Positions 54,950-64,000 of a stretch of DNA of 64,000 nt are shown here, piece by piece (positions within the stretch are counted from its first letter, which is position 1; each line of letters begins with the position of its first letter). Under the pieces are notes generated by a model that was given only the letters and a program-made list of their open reading frames with translations, was not told the DNA's origin and did not search any database. The stretch spans positions 32,001 through 96,000 of the forward strand of contig JBFLZG010000130.1 of assembly GCA_040756235.1 (NCBI GenBank), given 5' to 3'. The position numbers and the translations under genes were made by a program. Origin of the DNA: a bacterium. GTDB taxonomy: Bacteria; Desulfobacterota; DSWW01.

Positions 54950-56362
54950 TCAGGGGAAGTACTGGTCCTTTCGTATCCGCAGGCGAATGATCTTCTTGTG
55001 GAGCCCCGAGCGGGTGAGCTTGAGCTCCTCGGCGGTCTTGCTCACGTTTCCCTTGTGCCGGCTCAGCGCACCCAGGATCACCAGACGTTCGTACTGCTCG
55101 AGCTTCTCTTCCAGGCTTCCCGGGATCTCTTCCTGGGCGATCTCTTCCGGATCGGTCTCCATCTCCAGATGGACGGGCTCGATCCAGCCCCCTGTCGGCG
55201 CCTTGCCGACCGCCCGGTAAACCACCGATCGCAGCTCCCGCACGTTGCCGGGCCAGTCGTACTGCATGAGCTTCTCGTAGCCGGCCAGGGAAAAGCCTTT
55301 GTATCGGTATTCCTTGTGCTCTCGCAGGAAATGCTCGGCCAGGAACTGAATGTCGCGGTCCCGCTTGCGCAAGGGCGGCAGGAGAACCTTGATCGTGTTC
55401 AAGCGGTAATAGAGGTCCGGTCGGAATCGTCTCTCCTTGACCTGCTCGCTCATGTTGATGTTGGTCGCCGCGATGATCCGGGTGTCCACCCGGACGGGCC
55501 GGTTCCCCCCGATCCGTTGGATCTCCTTGTCTTCAACGGCATGGAGGAGCTTGGCCTGGATCCAGGAAGGGAGCTCGCCGATCTCGTCGAGAAACAGGGT
55601 CCCGCCGTGCGCGTATTCGAACTTGCCGATCTTGCTGCGGATGGCTCCCGTAAAGGATCCCTTTTCGTGTCCGAACAGCTCGCTCTCCAGGACGCCCTCG
55701 GAAAGAGCCGTGCAGTTCACCTTGACGAACGGCTGGCTGCGCCGGGGGCTGAGATCGTGGATGGTCTCGGCCACGAGCCCCTTGCCGGTCCCGCTCTCGC
55801 CCAGGACCAGCACGTTGGCGTCCCGCTGGGCGGCGTGGAGCACCTGCGCGAAGACGCGCTGCATGAGGAAGCTGCTGCCGAGGATCTTGCCCAGCCGGCC
55901 GGTCGCGGAGCGCTCCTTCTGCAGGGTTTCCGTGAGCCTTTCGAGCTTCTGCCGCTTCAGGGCCCTCTCGAGAATGACCGACAGGGAGCTCGGGTTGATC
56001 GGCTTGATCAGGTAATCTTCGGCCCCCTTGCGAATGCAGGAAAGGGCGGTCTCCAGCGTGCCCTCCCCGGTGACGATGATGACCTTGGCCTGCGGCACTC
56101 TGCGGAAGCACTGCTCCATGAGCTCCATGCCCTCTCCGACCTGGTTGGAAGGGGGCAGGGCCAGGTCCATCAGGACCAGCTCCGGGGAGGAGATCCTCAG
56201 GGCGTCGACGGCCTCGGGCGAGCTGCGGGCCAGGGTGACCGGATAGCCTTCCTCGCGCAGGAACAGCTCCAGGATCCTGGCCAGGGTCGGATCATCTTCG
56301 ACCAGCAGGACCGCTGATTTCGACTTCTCGACTTCCAGATAGGCTTCCGAATGCCCCCCCAT
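54950..56362 (-). CDS. Sigma54-dependent NtrC-family response regulator
   Basis: REC (VEDD, DLALP, KP), GESGTGK, ESELFGHEKGSFTGA, LFLDEIG, WPGNVREL, Fis-type HTH. Confidence 0.95.
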   Translation of the reverse strand: MGGHSEAYLEVEKSKSAVLLVEDDPTLARILELFLREEGYPVTLARSSPEAVDALRISSPELVLMDLALPPSNQVGEGMELMEQCFRRVPQAKVIIVTGEGTLETALSCIRKGAEDYLIKPINPSSLSVILERALKRQKLERLTETLQKERSATGRLGKILGSSFLMQRVFAQVLHAAQRDANVLVLGESGTGKGLVAETIHDLSPRRSQPFVKVNCTALSEGVLESELFGHEKGSFTGAIRSKIGKFEYAHGGTLFLDEIGELPSWIQAKLLHAVEDKEIQRIGGNRPVRVDTRIIAATNINMSEQVKERRFRPDLYYRLNTIKVLLPPLRKRDRDIQFLAEHFLREHKEYRYKGFSLAGYEKLMQYDWPGNVRELRSVVYRAVGKAPTGGWIEPVHLEMETDPEEIAQEEIPGSLEEKLEQYERLVILGALSRHKGNVSKTAEELKLTRSGLHKKIIRLRIRKDQYFP

Positions 56363-56651
56363 GGCGATCTTCCCCTTCCGGCTCGAGGGTGACAACAGAT
56401 GCAAAGAGGAGGCCAGAAAACACCCCAGGCACCCGGGGCAGCGTTCGTGCCTCGGTAGATTGGATATCATAGATCGTCGATTTGGCAAACAGAATTCTTC
56501 TTATCGACCGGCACGCCGGCCCACGTCGGAGACCTGGAATAATGGGCGGGAGCTCCGTCCCCGGAGAGAGCGAGGAGGCGCACAATCGCCGCCGGGCTAC
56601 GAACCACCCTACTTGGAATAACCCCAAGGGCTCTCCTTAGGCCCAAGGAAC

Positions 56652-56678
56652 GGGAGAGGCTCGAAGGCCGCCTCTCCC
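56652..56678. terminator. Hairpin downstream of the small-ORF cluster
   Basis: GGGAGAGGC-N9-GCCTCTCCC; no clear U tract. Confidence 0.35.
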
Positions 56679-56703
56679 AGGTTCCATGCGGGCCCGGTTT
56701 GGG

Positions 56704-56862
56704 TTATCCCCTGAAGAAGATCTGATACAAGATGAACCCAGCCAGTAATAGAAGAGCGACAATACCTATGGGACGCGTAAGGCGTTCTTCGAACGAACGT
56801 CCCTTCATGTCTACCCTTGTCTCGGGCGGATTATTGATACTTTCAACGGGCTCAGGCGACAT
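56704..56862 (-). CDS. Small single-TM protein, 52 aa (not in ORF track)
   Basis: MSPEPVESINNPPETRVDMKGRSFEERLTRPIGIVALLLLAGFILYQIFFRG; RBS AGAGGAG. Confidence 0.6.
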   Translation of the reverse strand: MSPEPVESINNPPETRVDMKGRSFEERLTRPIGIVALLLLAGFILYQIFFRG

Positions 56863-56941
56863 GACGTGATCTCCTCTTTTCTTGTGCCAGCCATTGCTGT
56901 TCTCAACGTTCTCTTTTGACCCGACCGGCTCCGGATACCCT

Positions 56942-57106
56942 TCACTGCAGGAGGTATTTCTTCAGCACCATGTACGCAATGACGCAGACATAGATCGCTG
57001 CGAAAACATAGGTTCCGTAACGGCCCACTCTATGGCCCAACGATCGTTGCACGGGAGGATTTCCCTTCTCCGGACGGGCCGGCTCATCGGTAGATTTATC
57101 GTCCAT
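56942..57106 (-). CDS. Small single-TM protein, 54 aa (not in ORF track)
   Basis: MDDKSTDEPARPEKGNPPVQRSLGHRVGRYGTYVFAAIYVCVIAYMVLKKYLLQ; RBS GGAG. Confidence 0.6.
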   Translation of the reverse strand: MDDKSTDEPARPEKGNPPVQRSLGHRVGRYGTYVFAAIYVCVIAYMVLKKYLLQ

Positions 57107-57266
57107 TTAGCATCTCCAACTGCATGGAAAGTTGACTCCTCCGATCACAGGGACGGATCCCTCAGAAGAGGGTGTGTGTCCTGCGAACGGATCCAGAGGC
57201 ACCCCGGCCTTAGGAACTGCTCACACGGGATTGCTTCGTCTGCTCTTGAAAGTCGTGTGGGATAGA

Positions 57267-57608
57267 TCAGAGAAGGGAAATCGGAGGTTTGAAAATCTCG
57301 TGCCGGAATCCCGCTAAAAGAACCACCCAGAAGGGTGTAAGCTCTTGCTGTCTTCCCAAGGACGGCTTCGGCAGCTCGCTGGGGTTGAACGATATCGGGT
57401 TGAAGCACCGTGACCGGTCGGAAAACTCGCTTTCTGCCGGAGAGCTGTCGTCCAGGGGAAGACCGGAAACGAGTATGGCGTCATTGAATGAAAGGCCGGC
57501 AACGGCTTCAAGGTCTCCCGACGGTTCCTGCCCGGCCCGGTGCACGCTGAAGTTAATGCACGCGAATACCGCCAGGAAAAGGCAAAGAAGAGGTCTGCTG
57601 TTGCCCAT
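57267..57608 (-). CDS. 113-aa protein with N-terminal hydrophobic segment and C-terminal IFKPP
   Basis: RBS GGAG; MGNSRPLLCLFLAVFACINF ... GFRHEIFKPPISLL. Confidence 0.5.
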   Translation of the reverse strand: MGNSRPLLCLFLAVFACINFSVHRAGQEPSGDLEAVAGLSFNDAILVSGLPLDDSSPAESEFSDRSRCFNPISFNPSELPKPSLGRQQELTPFWVVLLAGFRHEIFKPPISLL

Positions 57609-57909
57609 CTGCGCTCCGTCCCGCTTACAAGTATACCAAGACCGTGAGGTTTCAAAGGCACGCAAATGGCCAGCCCCGATACTTCGCGAGCCAGCCGATG
57701 ATCCTGGCATCGCCTTCGAATTGAGTAGCTCGTCTGTGTGATTTCAGGGCCGGTAGAGAAAGTTGAATTCAAACATCGGCGCTTCTATCGGTGCCCGTGA
57801 ATCCCTTCAGTGGGAACGATTCGAGAGCGTCTGTGGAACGATCTCCCCCCCGTGGAGCAACTGGTTCACGAACGGGCTCCGAGGGAGGCCAGAGAGGCGC
57901 CCGGGGGGG

Positions 57910-58407
57910 TCACGGCAGAGAAGCGAAGACCTCTGTGAAGTAGTAGGTTTCGCCGTCCGCGGCAATGCCGATGCCCAGGTGCGTGTACGCGTCCGAGAGG
58001 ATGTTGGCACGGTGATCGGCAGAGTCCATCATGTACTCGTGTGCCGTGCGGACCAGATCGTCGTTGCCCTGGTTCATGGCGATGTTCTCTCCGAGGGCCC
58101 CGTAATTCATGACCCCGGCGGCAGCGATGCGGTCCATCACCGATTGGCCGTCCGGGTTCACGTGGGAAAAGAAGTGGCGGTTCGCCATATCCTCCGAGTG
58201 CTGCTTTGCGGCCCGGGTCAACCCCTCGTTGGGGAGAAGAGGTTGCAGGCCGTGGCCGGCGCGGGCATCGTTGACGAGGTCGGACATCTCGCGTTCCATT
58301 GACCGGACGTCGTCGGAGTCATCGCCGCATTGGGTGCATGTCACCAGAAGGAGTGCAAGGAGGGGGGTCAGACGAAAGGGGCGGGCGTTGCGCATTCGGC
58401 TCTCCAT
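57910..58407 (-). CDS. CAP (SCP) domain exported protein
   Basis: Signal/lipobox-like N-terminus; LVNDARAGHGL.PL, AKQHSEDMA...FFSH, GENIA, SADHRANIL, GIG. Confidence 0.9.
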   Translation of the reverse strand: MESRMRNARPFRLTPLLALLLVTCTQCGDDSDDVRSMEREMSDLVNDARAGHGLQPLLPNEGLTRAAKQHSEDMANRHFFSHVNPDGQSVMDRIAAAGVMNYGALGENIAMNQGNDDLVRTAHEYMMDSADHRANILSDAYTHLGIGIAADGETYYFTEVFASLP

Positions 58408-58750
58408 GAGATCTCCTCGGGGCAGGCCGTGAGAACGGTCCCAAGCGCCTGTCCGGAAACTGCTGATGACCCTCTGGACACAGCTCAACGATCCGCTTGA
58501 AATCGGCTCATGTCGCGGACCGTTCCTTCTGCGGTGGTTCCGTGAGCCGTCCAAGCTCTTGCCGCTTCAGGGCCTCTCGAGAATGACCCGAAGCAGCTGG
58601 CTTCGGCCGATGACTATCATAAATTCTTGATTTAAACAAAAGCCCCCCTCATGTCTTCTCACACCTCTTGTTAGGTCGCGTTCCGCCGTGCTAGGTTTTG
58701 TCAGGCCGCCCCGAGGTTCCGAGCGGCGGTGCCTAGAGGAGGACGTGCGC

Positions 58751-61165
58751 TTGGCCGGTTCATGGATCTGCATCCACGGACATTTTTATCAGCCGCCCAG
58801 GGAGAACCCGTGGCTCGAGTTGATCGAGATGGAGGACTCCTCGGCGCCCTACCACGACTGGAACGAGCGGATCTGTGCCGAGTGTTACGGCCCGAACGCG
58901 CACGCACGGATCGTTGAGAGCTCCGGCCGGGTGAAACGGATGATCAACAATTATGCCTGGATCAGTTTCAACTTCGGGCCCACCCTGCTCTCCTGGCTGG
59001 AACGGCATGCGCCGAAGGTGCTGTCATCGATCCAGGAGGCGGACCGCGCCAGCCTGGAGCGGTGCCAGGGCCACGGGAACGCGATCGCCCAGGCTTACAA
59101 TCACACAATCCTGCCTCTTGCGAGCCGGCGGGACAAGAGCCTGCAGGTGGAGTGGGGAATCGAAGCTTTCGCGTACTACTTCAAGAGGATGCCCGAAGGG
59201 ATGTGGCTGCCGGAGACGGCAGCGGACGTCGAAACCCTGGAGGTGCTGGCGGAGCAGGGCATCCGGTTCACCGTCCTGTCCCCGAGCCAGGCCTTGCGTG
59301 TGAAGCCGCCCTATCAGGGATGGATCTCCGTGACGCCGGCTTCCCTGGACACGCGCCGCGCGTACGAGTGCCGGCTGCCTTCGGGCCGGGAGATCGCGCT
59401 GTTCTTCTATGACGGCGAAGTGGCCCAGGAGGTCGCCTTCCAGCGGCTCTTGACGAGCGGCGAGGATTTCTTTCAGCGTGTCATGTCCCGGTTCGACTCG
59501 GGGACGGGGCCTCAGCTGGTGCACATCGCCACCGATGGAGAGACCTACGGGCACCATCATCGCTTCGGCGAAATGGCGCTGGCCTACCTGATCAAGAGGG
59601 CGGAAGAGAACCCGCACGTCCGGATGACCAACTACGGGGAGTTTCTATCCCTGGAACCTCCCGCGTGGGAAGCGGAAATCCACGAGAAGAGATCGTGGAG
59701 CTGTGCTCACGGCGTCGAGCGATGGCGCTCGAACTGCGGCTGCAGGGTTTCCGGGCCGGAGCTGCAGCAGAAGTGGCGGGCCCCTCTGCGGCGCGCCCTG
59801 GACGACCTGAAAGGCAAGCTCGACAGGATTCTGGAAGTGGAGGGACAGAGGGTCTTCCAGGATCCCTGGGCGGCCTTTCGCGGCTACGTACGGGTGCTGC
59901 TGGACCGCAAGGAGGAAACCCTGCAGGCCTACCTGAACAGGTTCGCCCGGCAGCCCCTGACCGAGACGGATGCCAGCCTTGCGGCCAAGCTGATGGAGAT
60001 GGAACGGCACGGCCAGCTGATGTTCACGAGCTGTGCATGGTTCTTCGACGAAATCTCCGGCGTCGAGGCGGTTCAGATCCTGCGCTTGGCAGCCAGGGCC
60101 ATCCAGCTCGCCGAGCTGTACTTCGGGGTCTCTCTGGAAGAGGACTTCCTGGAGGTCCTCGAGCAGGCCCCCAGCAACCTCCCGGAGATCCGGGACGGCA
60201 GGCGGCTCTGGGAAAAGGAGGTCCGGCCTGCGGTCACGAGCCTGGAGCGAGTGCTGGCCCACTTCACCATCAGCTCCATCTTCCGCAAGGACCTGCCGTC
60301 CCATGTGGGACTCTCCTATTCGCTCAAGGAGTCGGGCTCCGTGATTTGCGAGGCGGGAAATTCCCATCTGGCGGTCGGCGCAGCGGAAGTTTTTTCCAAG
60401 AGGACGCTGCAGAGGGGAAATTATGTCTATGCGGTCATCCACTTCGACGGTCTGGACCTGCAGTTCTTCTGGAGGCCGTTCACCGGCAGCGGCGATTACG
60501 AAACGCTGAAGAAGGACCTGGTCCGCACCTTCGAGGAGGGGTCGCTGGGCGACTTGTATCAGGAGCTGCTGAGGTATTTTCACAAGCCGACCCACCGGCT
60601 CAGCGATCTGTTCCGGGACGAGCAGCGCAGGATCATCCAGACGGTCTTGAGTGAGAGGCTGTCTGAGTATCAGGCGCTCGGCGATCAGCTCTTCGACCAC
60701 GACAGCGCGCTGCTCAAACGGCTCGGCGCCCTGCGCTATCCGATTCCCGCGCCGATGAAGATGGTGGCGCAGTTCTCGACGGAATCACGGATGCGCAAGA
60801 TCCTCGAGGAGATGCAGGGCGAGGAGGACCTGGAAGCGCTCTCCACCCTGGCGGCTCAGGCACGATCGTGGGGGTATCGCCCGGACCCGGCACAATGGGA
60901 GCGATACCTGGTCGTGGCGCTGGAGCAGAGGATGGAGACCCTCCGCACGAGCGATCGGGTGCTTTCCGAGATGCGCAAGGCGGAGCTCATCTTGAGCGCC
61001 GCTAGGATCCTGGAGCTGTCCCTCAATCTCTGGCGCGTGCAGAACGCGTTCATCGAAGTGTGCAGGAGCCGCCTGCCGATTTTCGAGGTCTTCAAGGAAG
61101 AGGTGCAGAGCTTCGCCTCGACTCTTTATCTGGACACGGAGGCGCTGCCTCTGAGCTTGCGGTGA
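58751..61165 (+). CDS. GH57-family / DUF3536 glycoside hydrolase
   Basis: IHGHFYQPPRENPW, SFNFGPTL, GMWLPETA, ATDGETYGHH, SWSCAHGVERW, MFTSCAWFFD. Confidence 0.93.
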   Translation: MAGSWICIHGHFYQPPRENPWLELIEMEDSSAPYHDWNERICAECYGPNAHARIVESSGRVKRMINNYAWISFNFGPTLLSWLERHAPKVLSSIQEADRASLERCQGHGNAIAQAYNHTILPLASRRDKSLQVEWGIEAFAYYFKRMPEGMWLPETAADVETLEVLAEQGIRFTVLSPSQALRVKPPYQGWISVTPASLDTRRAYECRLPSGREIALFFYDGEVAQEVAFQRLLTSGEDFFQRVMSRFDSGTGPQLVHIATDGETYGHHHRFGEMALAYLIKRAEENPHVRMTNYGEFLSLEPPAWEAEIHEKRSWSCAHGVERWRSNCGCRVSGPELQQKWRAPLRRALDDLKGKLDRILEVEGQRVFQDPWAAFRGYVRVLLDRKEETLQAYLNRFARQPLTETDASLAAKLMEMERHGQLMFTSCAWFFDEISGVEAVQILRLAARAIQLAELYFGVSLEEDFLEVLEQAPSNLPEIRDGRRLWEKEVRPAVTSLERVLAHFTISSIFRKDLPSHVGLSYSLKESGSVICEAGNSHLAVGAAEVFSKRTLQRGNYVYAVIHFDGLDLQFFWRPFTGSGDYETLKKDLVRTFEEGSLGDLYQELLRYFHKPTHRLSDLFRDEQRRIIQTVLSERLSEYQALGDQLFDHDSALLKRLGALRYPIPAPMKMVAQFSTESRMRKILEEMQGEEDLEALSTLAAQARSWGYRPDPAQWERYLVVALEQRMETLRTSDRVLSEMRKAELILSAARILELSLNLWRVQNAFIEVCRSRLPIFEVFKEEVQSFASTLYLDTEALPLSLR

Positions 61166-61296
61166 AGACGCATTGACTATATGACGCAGCGCATTATAGA
61201 ATGTGTTCTGTGATGAAAGGAGTCGAAAAGCTCGATCAAAACGTGATCCCTGCTGATCCACGCCCGCGAGGTCGCTGCGGGAGGGGAGGAGGGGAG

Positions 61297-61548
61297 ATGA
61301 AGGAATACAACGAGCGCCCGCGCTGGGTATCTGTCTTGTACGCGTTCACGCTGATATATTCTCTGGCCGGGATCGCCATTGCCATCCTGGTGTCGGCGGG
61401 GATCGGCCGTCTCCAGAAAGCCCGGTCGCGGCTCGGCCACAAACGGGAGGACGAGCCCGACCCCTCCTCTCAGAGGTCCGAAAGCGTGTCCCGGTGCACC
61501 CCCCACACGCCCCGCAGCACGTCGCAGATCTCGCCCAAGGTGGCGTAG
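61297..61548 (+). CDS. Small membrane protein
   Basis: Strong RBS (GGAGGAGGGGAG); TM VLYAFTLIYSLAGIAIAILV; upstream TTGACT-N18-TAGAAT; tail overlaps the convergent mutase gene. Confidence 0.55.
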   Translation: MKEYNERPRWVSVLYAFTLIYSLAGIAIAILVSAGIGRLQKARSRLGHKREDEPDPSSQRSESVSRCTPHTPRSTSQISPKVA

Positions 61549-63167
61549 GCCTTCACCGCGGCAAGAATGCGCGGAACCAGGTTCTCCGCCGGAGCCTGTG
61601 CCCCCTGGCGCAGCGCTTCCAGCGCCGCGTTCACTTCGACCGGGTTGCGGGCGGCCTTCACCGCCTGGATGCATGACTCCTGCTCCCGCCGCACCTCCTT
61701 CTCGTCCACGTGAAAGATCTCGGCGCCCTTGCGGCCGATTCCGTCCGAGACGCTCTTCTGGAACCGGTTGACCCCCACCACGATGCGCTTGCCGGAATCC
61801 ACCTCCTGCTGATAGCGATAGGCGACCTCGAGGATCTCCCTCTGGTAGTAGCCCGACTCGACCGCGGCAACGGCCCCGCCCAGGCCTTCGATCCGATCCA
61901 TTTCCTCCCGCACCCGGCTTTCGAGCTCATCGGTGAGGCGCTCTACGTAATACGAGCCGGCAAGAGGGTCGGCGACCTCGGTTGCTCCCGCCTCGTGCGC
62001 AATGATCTGCTGCGTTCGCAGGGCGATCTGCTGGGCGAACTGCGTGGGGATCGCCAGCCCTTCGTCGTAGCAGGAGAGCGCCATGGACTGCACCCCTCCG
62101 AGCACGGCGGCCAGGGCCTGGAACGCCGCCCGGATGATGTTGTTTTCGGGCTGCTGGGTGGTCAGGGCGGACCCCCCGGTCTGGGTGTGCGTGCGCAGCA
62201 TGCAGGCCCGATCGCTGCGCGCGCCGTAGCGTTCCCGCATGAGGCGCGCCCAGATGCGACGGAGGGCGCGGTACTTGGCGATCTCTTGGAAAAAGTCGTT
62301 ATGGGTGTTGAAGATCCAGGAGATCCGCGGGGCGAACTCGTCGATCGCGAGCCCTCTTTCGAGCACGGCATCGACGTAGGCGAGGGCGTTGGCAAGGCTG
62401 AAAGCCATCTCCTGGACCGCCGTGGCCCCCGCGTCGCGGATGTGGTAGCCGCTCACGCTGATGGCGTTCCACCGGGGGATGTGTGCGGCGCAGTAGGCCA
62501 TGAGGTCTGCCGCCAGCCGCACGGAGGGCCGCGGCGGGAAGATGTACGTGCCGCGGGCCACGTATTCCTTGAGGATGTCGTTCTGCACGGTCCCGCTCAG
62601 CTTCTCGAGGGGAACGCCCTGCTTCTCGGCGACCGCCGCGACCATCATCAGCAGGATGGCGGCCGGCGCATTGATCGTCATGGAGGTGGTGACGCGGTCC
62701 AGGGGAATGCGGTCGAAGAGGATCTCCATGTCCTTGAGCGAATCGATCGCCACTCCCACCTTTCCGGTCTCCCCCTCCGCGACCGGATGGTCGGAGTCGT
62801 AGCCCATCTGGGTCGGCAGGTCGAAGGCCACGCTCAGGCCGGTCTGCCCCTGGTCCAGGAGGTAGCGGAACCGCTCGTTGGTCTGTTCGGCGGTCCCGAA
62901 ACCGGCGTATTGTCGCATCGTCCAGAGCCGGGTTCGGTAGCCGGTGCTGAAGAGCCCCCGGGTGAAAGGGTAGCGGCCCGGGGTCTCGCCGTCTCGGTCG
63001 GGGGCGTCGGCGCTCGTGTAGAACGGCTTCAGCGGAATTCCGGAGCTGTTGACGATTTCCTGGCCGGTCCCCTCGGAATCGCCGTTCGAGCACCGCTCAC
63101 CGGCTGATTCCGCGGGCCCCGAGGGATTTGCCGCGCTCGCGAGGTCCGGCGTTTCTTCGCGTTCCAT
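61470..63167 (-). CDS. B12-dependent acyl-CoA mutase large subunit (methylmalonyl-CoA mutase family)
   Basis: PGRYPFTRG, WTMRQYAGFG, SVAFDLPTQMGYDSD, QNDILKEY.ARGT, SGYHIR, DPLAGSYYVE; no B12-binding domain. Confidence 0.93.
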   Translation of the reverse strand: MEREETPDLASAANPSGPAESAGERCSNGDSEGTGQEIVNSSGIPLKPFYTSADAPDRDGETPGRYPFTRGLFSTGYRTRLWTMRQYAGFGTAEQTNERFRYLLDQGQTGLSVAFDLPTQMGYDSDHPVAEGETGKVGVAIDSLKDMEILFDRIPLDRVTTSMTINAPAAILLMMVAAVAEKQGVPLEKLSGTVQNDILKEYVARGTYIFPPRPSVRLAADLMAYCAAHIPRWNAISVSGYHIRDAGATAVQEMAFSLANALAYVDAVLERGLAIDEFAPRISWIFNTHNDFFQEIAKYRALRRIWARLMRERYGARSDRACMLRTHTQTGGSALTTQQPENNIIRAAFQALAAVLGGVQSMALSCYDEGLAIPTQFAQQIALRTQQIIAHEAGATEVADPLAGSYYVERLTDELESRVREEMDRIEGLGGAVAAVESGYYQREILEVAYRYQQEVDSGKRIVVGVNRFQKSVSDGIGRKGAEIFHVDEKEVRREQESCIQAVKAARNPVEVNAALEALRQGAQAPAENLVPRILAAVKAYATLGEICDVLRGVWGVHRDTLSDL

Positions 63168-63404
63168 GGGAAGCCGCCTTTCGCATAGGAGAATGGAGGG
63201 AGCCGTCGTCCCGTCCTTTTAAGAATACGATGATCTTAGCCGTCCCGGAGGATGCGAAACAACTCGAGACGCCTGCGCGGGCGTTCCTCGACCCTTGACG
63301 CATTTCCCGGCGGATACTACCTTACATCTTCTTGTCGTGCCTGACGTCGGCGGAAACGAGGGTCTCTGCAACATCCATCCGCGAGTCAACGGGAGGAAAG
63401 ACCA

Positions 63405-64000
63405 ATGGCGGAAAGGAACGAAGCGTACATCGTGAGCGCGGTGCGGACGGCGGTCGGCAGAAGGGGCGGTGCGCTGAGCCAGTGGAGGCCTGAAGAGCTC
63501 CTGGCGGAGGTCCTGAAGGAGCTGGTGAAAAGGGCCAAGGTCTCCCCCGAGTGCGTGGAGGACGTGGTCTGCGGCATCGTTTATCAGGTCGGCGAGCAGG
63601 CCTTCTCGGTGCCCCGGATGGCCGTACACGCGGCCGGCTTTCCGGACGCGGTCCCCGGGATGACCTGCAATCGTCAGTGCGGCAGCTCGCTGTCCGCCAT
63701 CCAGATCGCGAGCTCCATGATCCAGGCGGGCCACATGGACTGCGTCGTCGCCTGCGGCGTGGAGATCATGAGCAAGTACCCGATCATGTCGGACTGGTTC
63801 GGGCTGCAGTACGCGGACGGCCGGCCGGCAGGAACCCCCTTCGGGCCGAGCTACATGAACGCCATGGGCGGCGAGTTGATCGACCAGGGACAGGCGGCAG
63901 AGCGCATTGCGAAGAAATGGGGGCTGAACAAACAGGATCTGGACGCCTTCAGCCTCCGGAGCCATCAGCGGGCCCACAAGGCGACCGTGGAAGGAAGGTT
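63405..64000 (+). CDS. Thiolase, truncated by window end
   Basis: AYIVSAVRTAVG, EDVVCG, NRQCGSS, GVEIMS, QGQAAERIA..WG, QD.FS.RSHQRA. Confidence 0.93.
   Translation, partial: MAERNEAYIVSAVRTAVGRRGGALSQWRPEELLAEVLKELVKRAKVSPECVEDVVCGIVYQVGEQAFSVPRMAVHAAGFPDAVPGMTCNRQCGSSLSAIQIASSMIQAGHMDCVVACGVEIMSKYPIMSDWFGLQYADGRPAGTPFGPSYMNAMGGELIDQGQAAERIAKKWGLNKQDLDAFSLRSHQRAHKATVEGR

Noticed and set aside
57290..57306. CGGCACGAGATTTTCA as a sigma54 promoter
   Set aside because: Lacks the -12 GC and lies within the RHEIFK codons of the 113-aa ORF

Overview
High-GC bacterial chromosome segment. Gene order and proteins (rsmA-dnk-panCD, pgpA-thpR-recA-pilT-alaS, ilvDBNC-psd-pssA-leuA, rpsB-tsf-pyrH-frr-cdsA-rseP-tsaB, secA-argJ, nadK-recN) suggest a Desulfobacterota/deltaproteobacterium-like anaerobe (inference). 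It is mostly housekeeping; I saw no rRNA, tRNA, CRISPR or transposase. The strongest signal is an exported DUF1573/Ig-like lipoprotein gene (5210..6349) split by an in-frame UGA at the first Cys of the family's S-C-G-C motif and followed by a SECIS-like hairpin, i.e. a candidate selenoprotein with a U-G-C motif. It lies convergent with an archaeal-type sulfide-to-homocysteine operon (DUF39, COG2122, NIL-ferredoxin). Other notable items: a MITE-like repeat whose same end abuts stop codons at about 8 loci and which extends RecN; inverted heptamer arrays; a pan RNA leader without panB; uppS and dxr missing from the frr-rseP operon; a Rok/H-NS-like candidate nucleoid protein; a cluster of unannotated small membrane proteins behind a putative arrest-peptide ORF; and a divergent acyl-CoA mutase. 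All family calls are from motif recognition by eye, not database searches.
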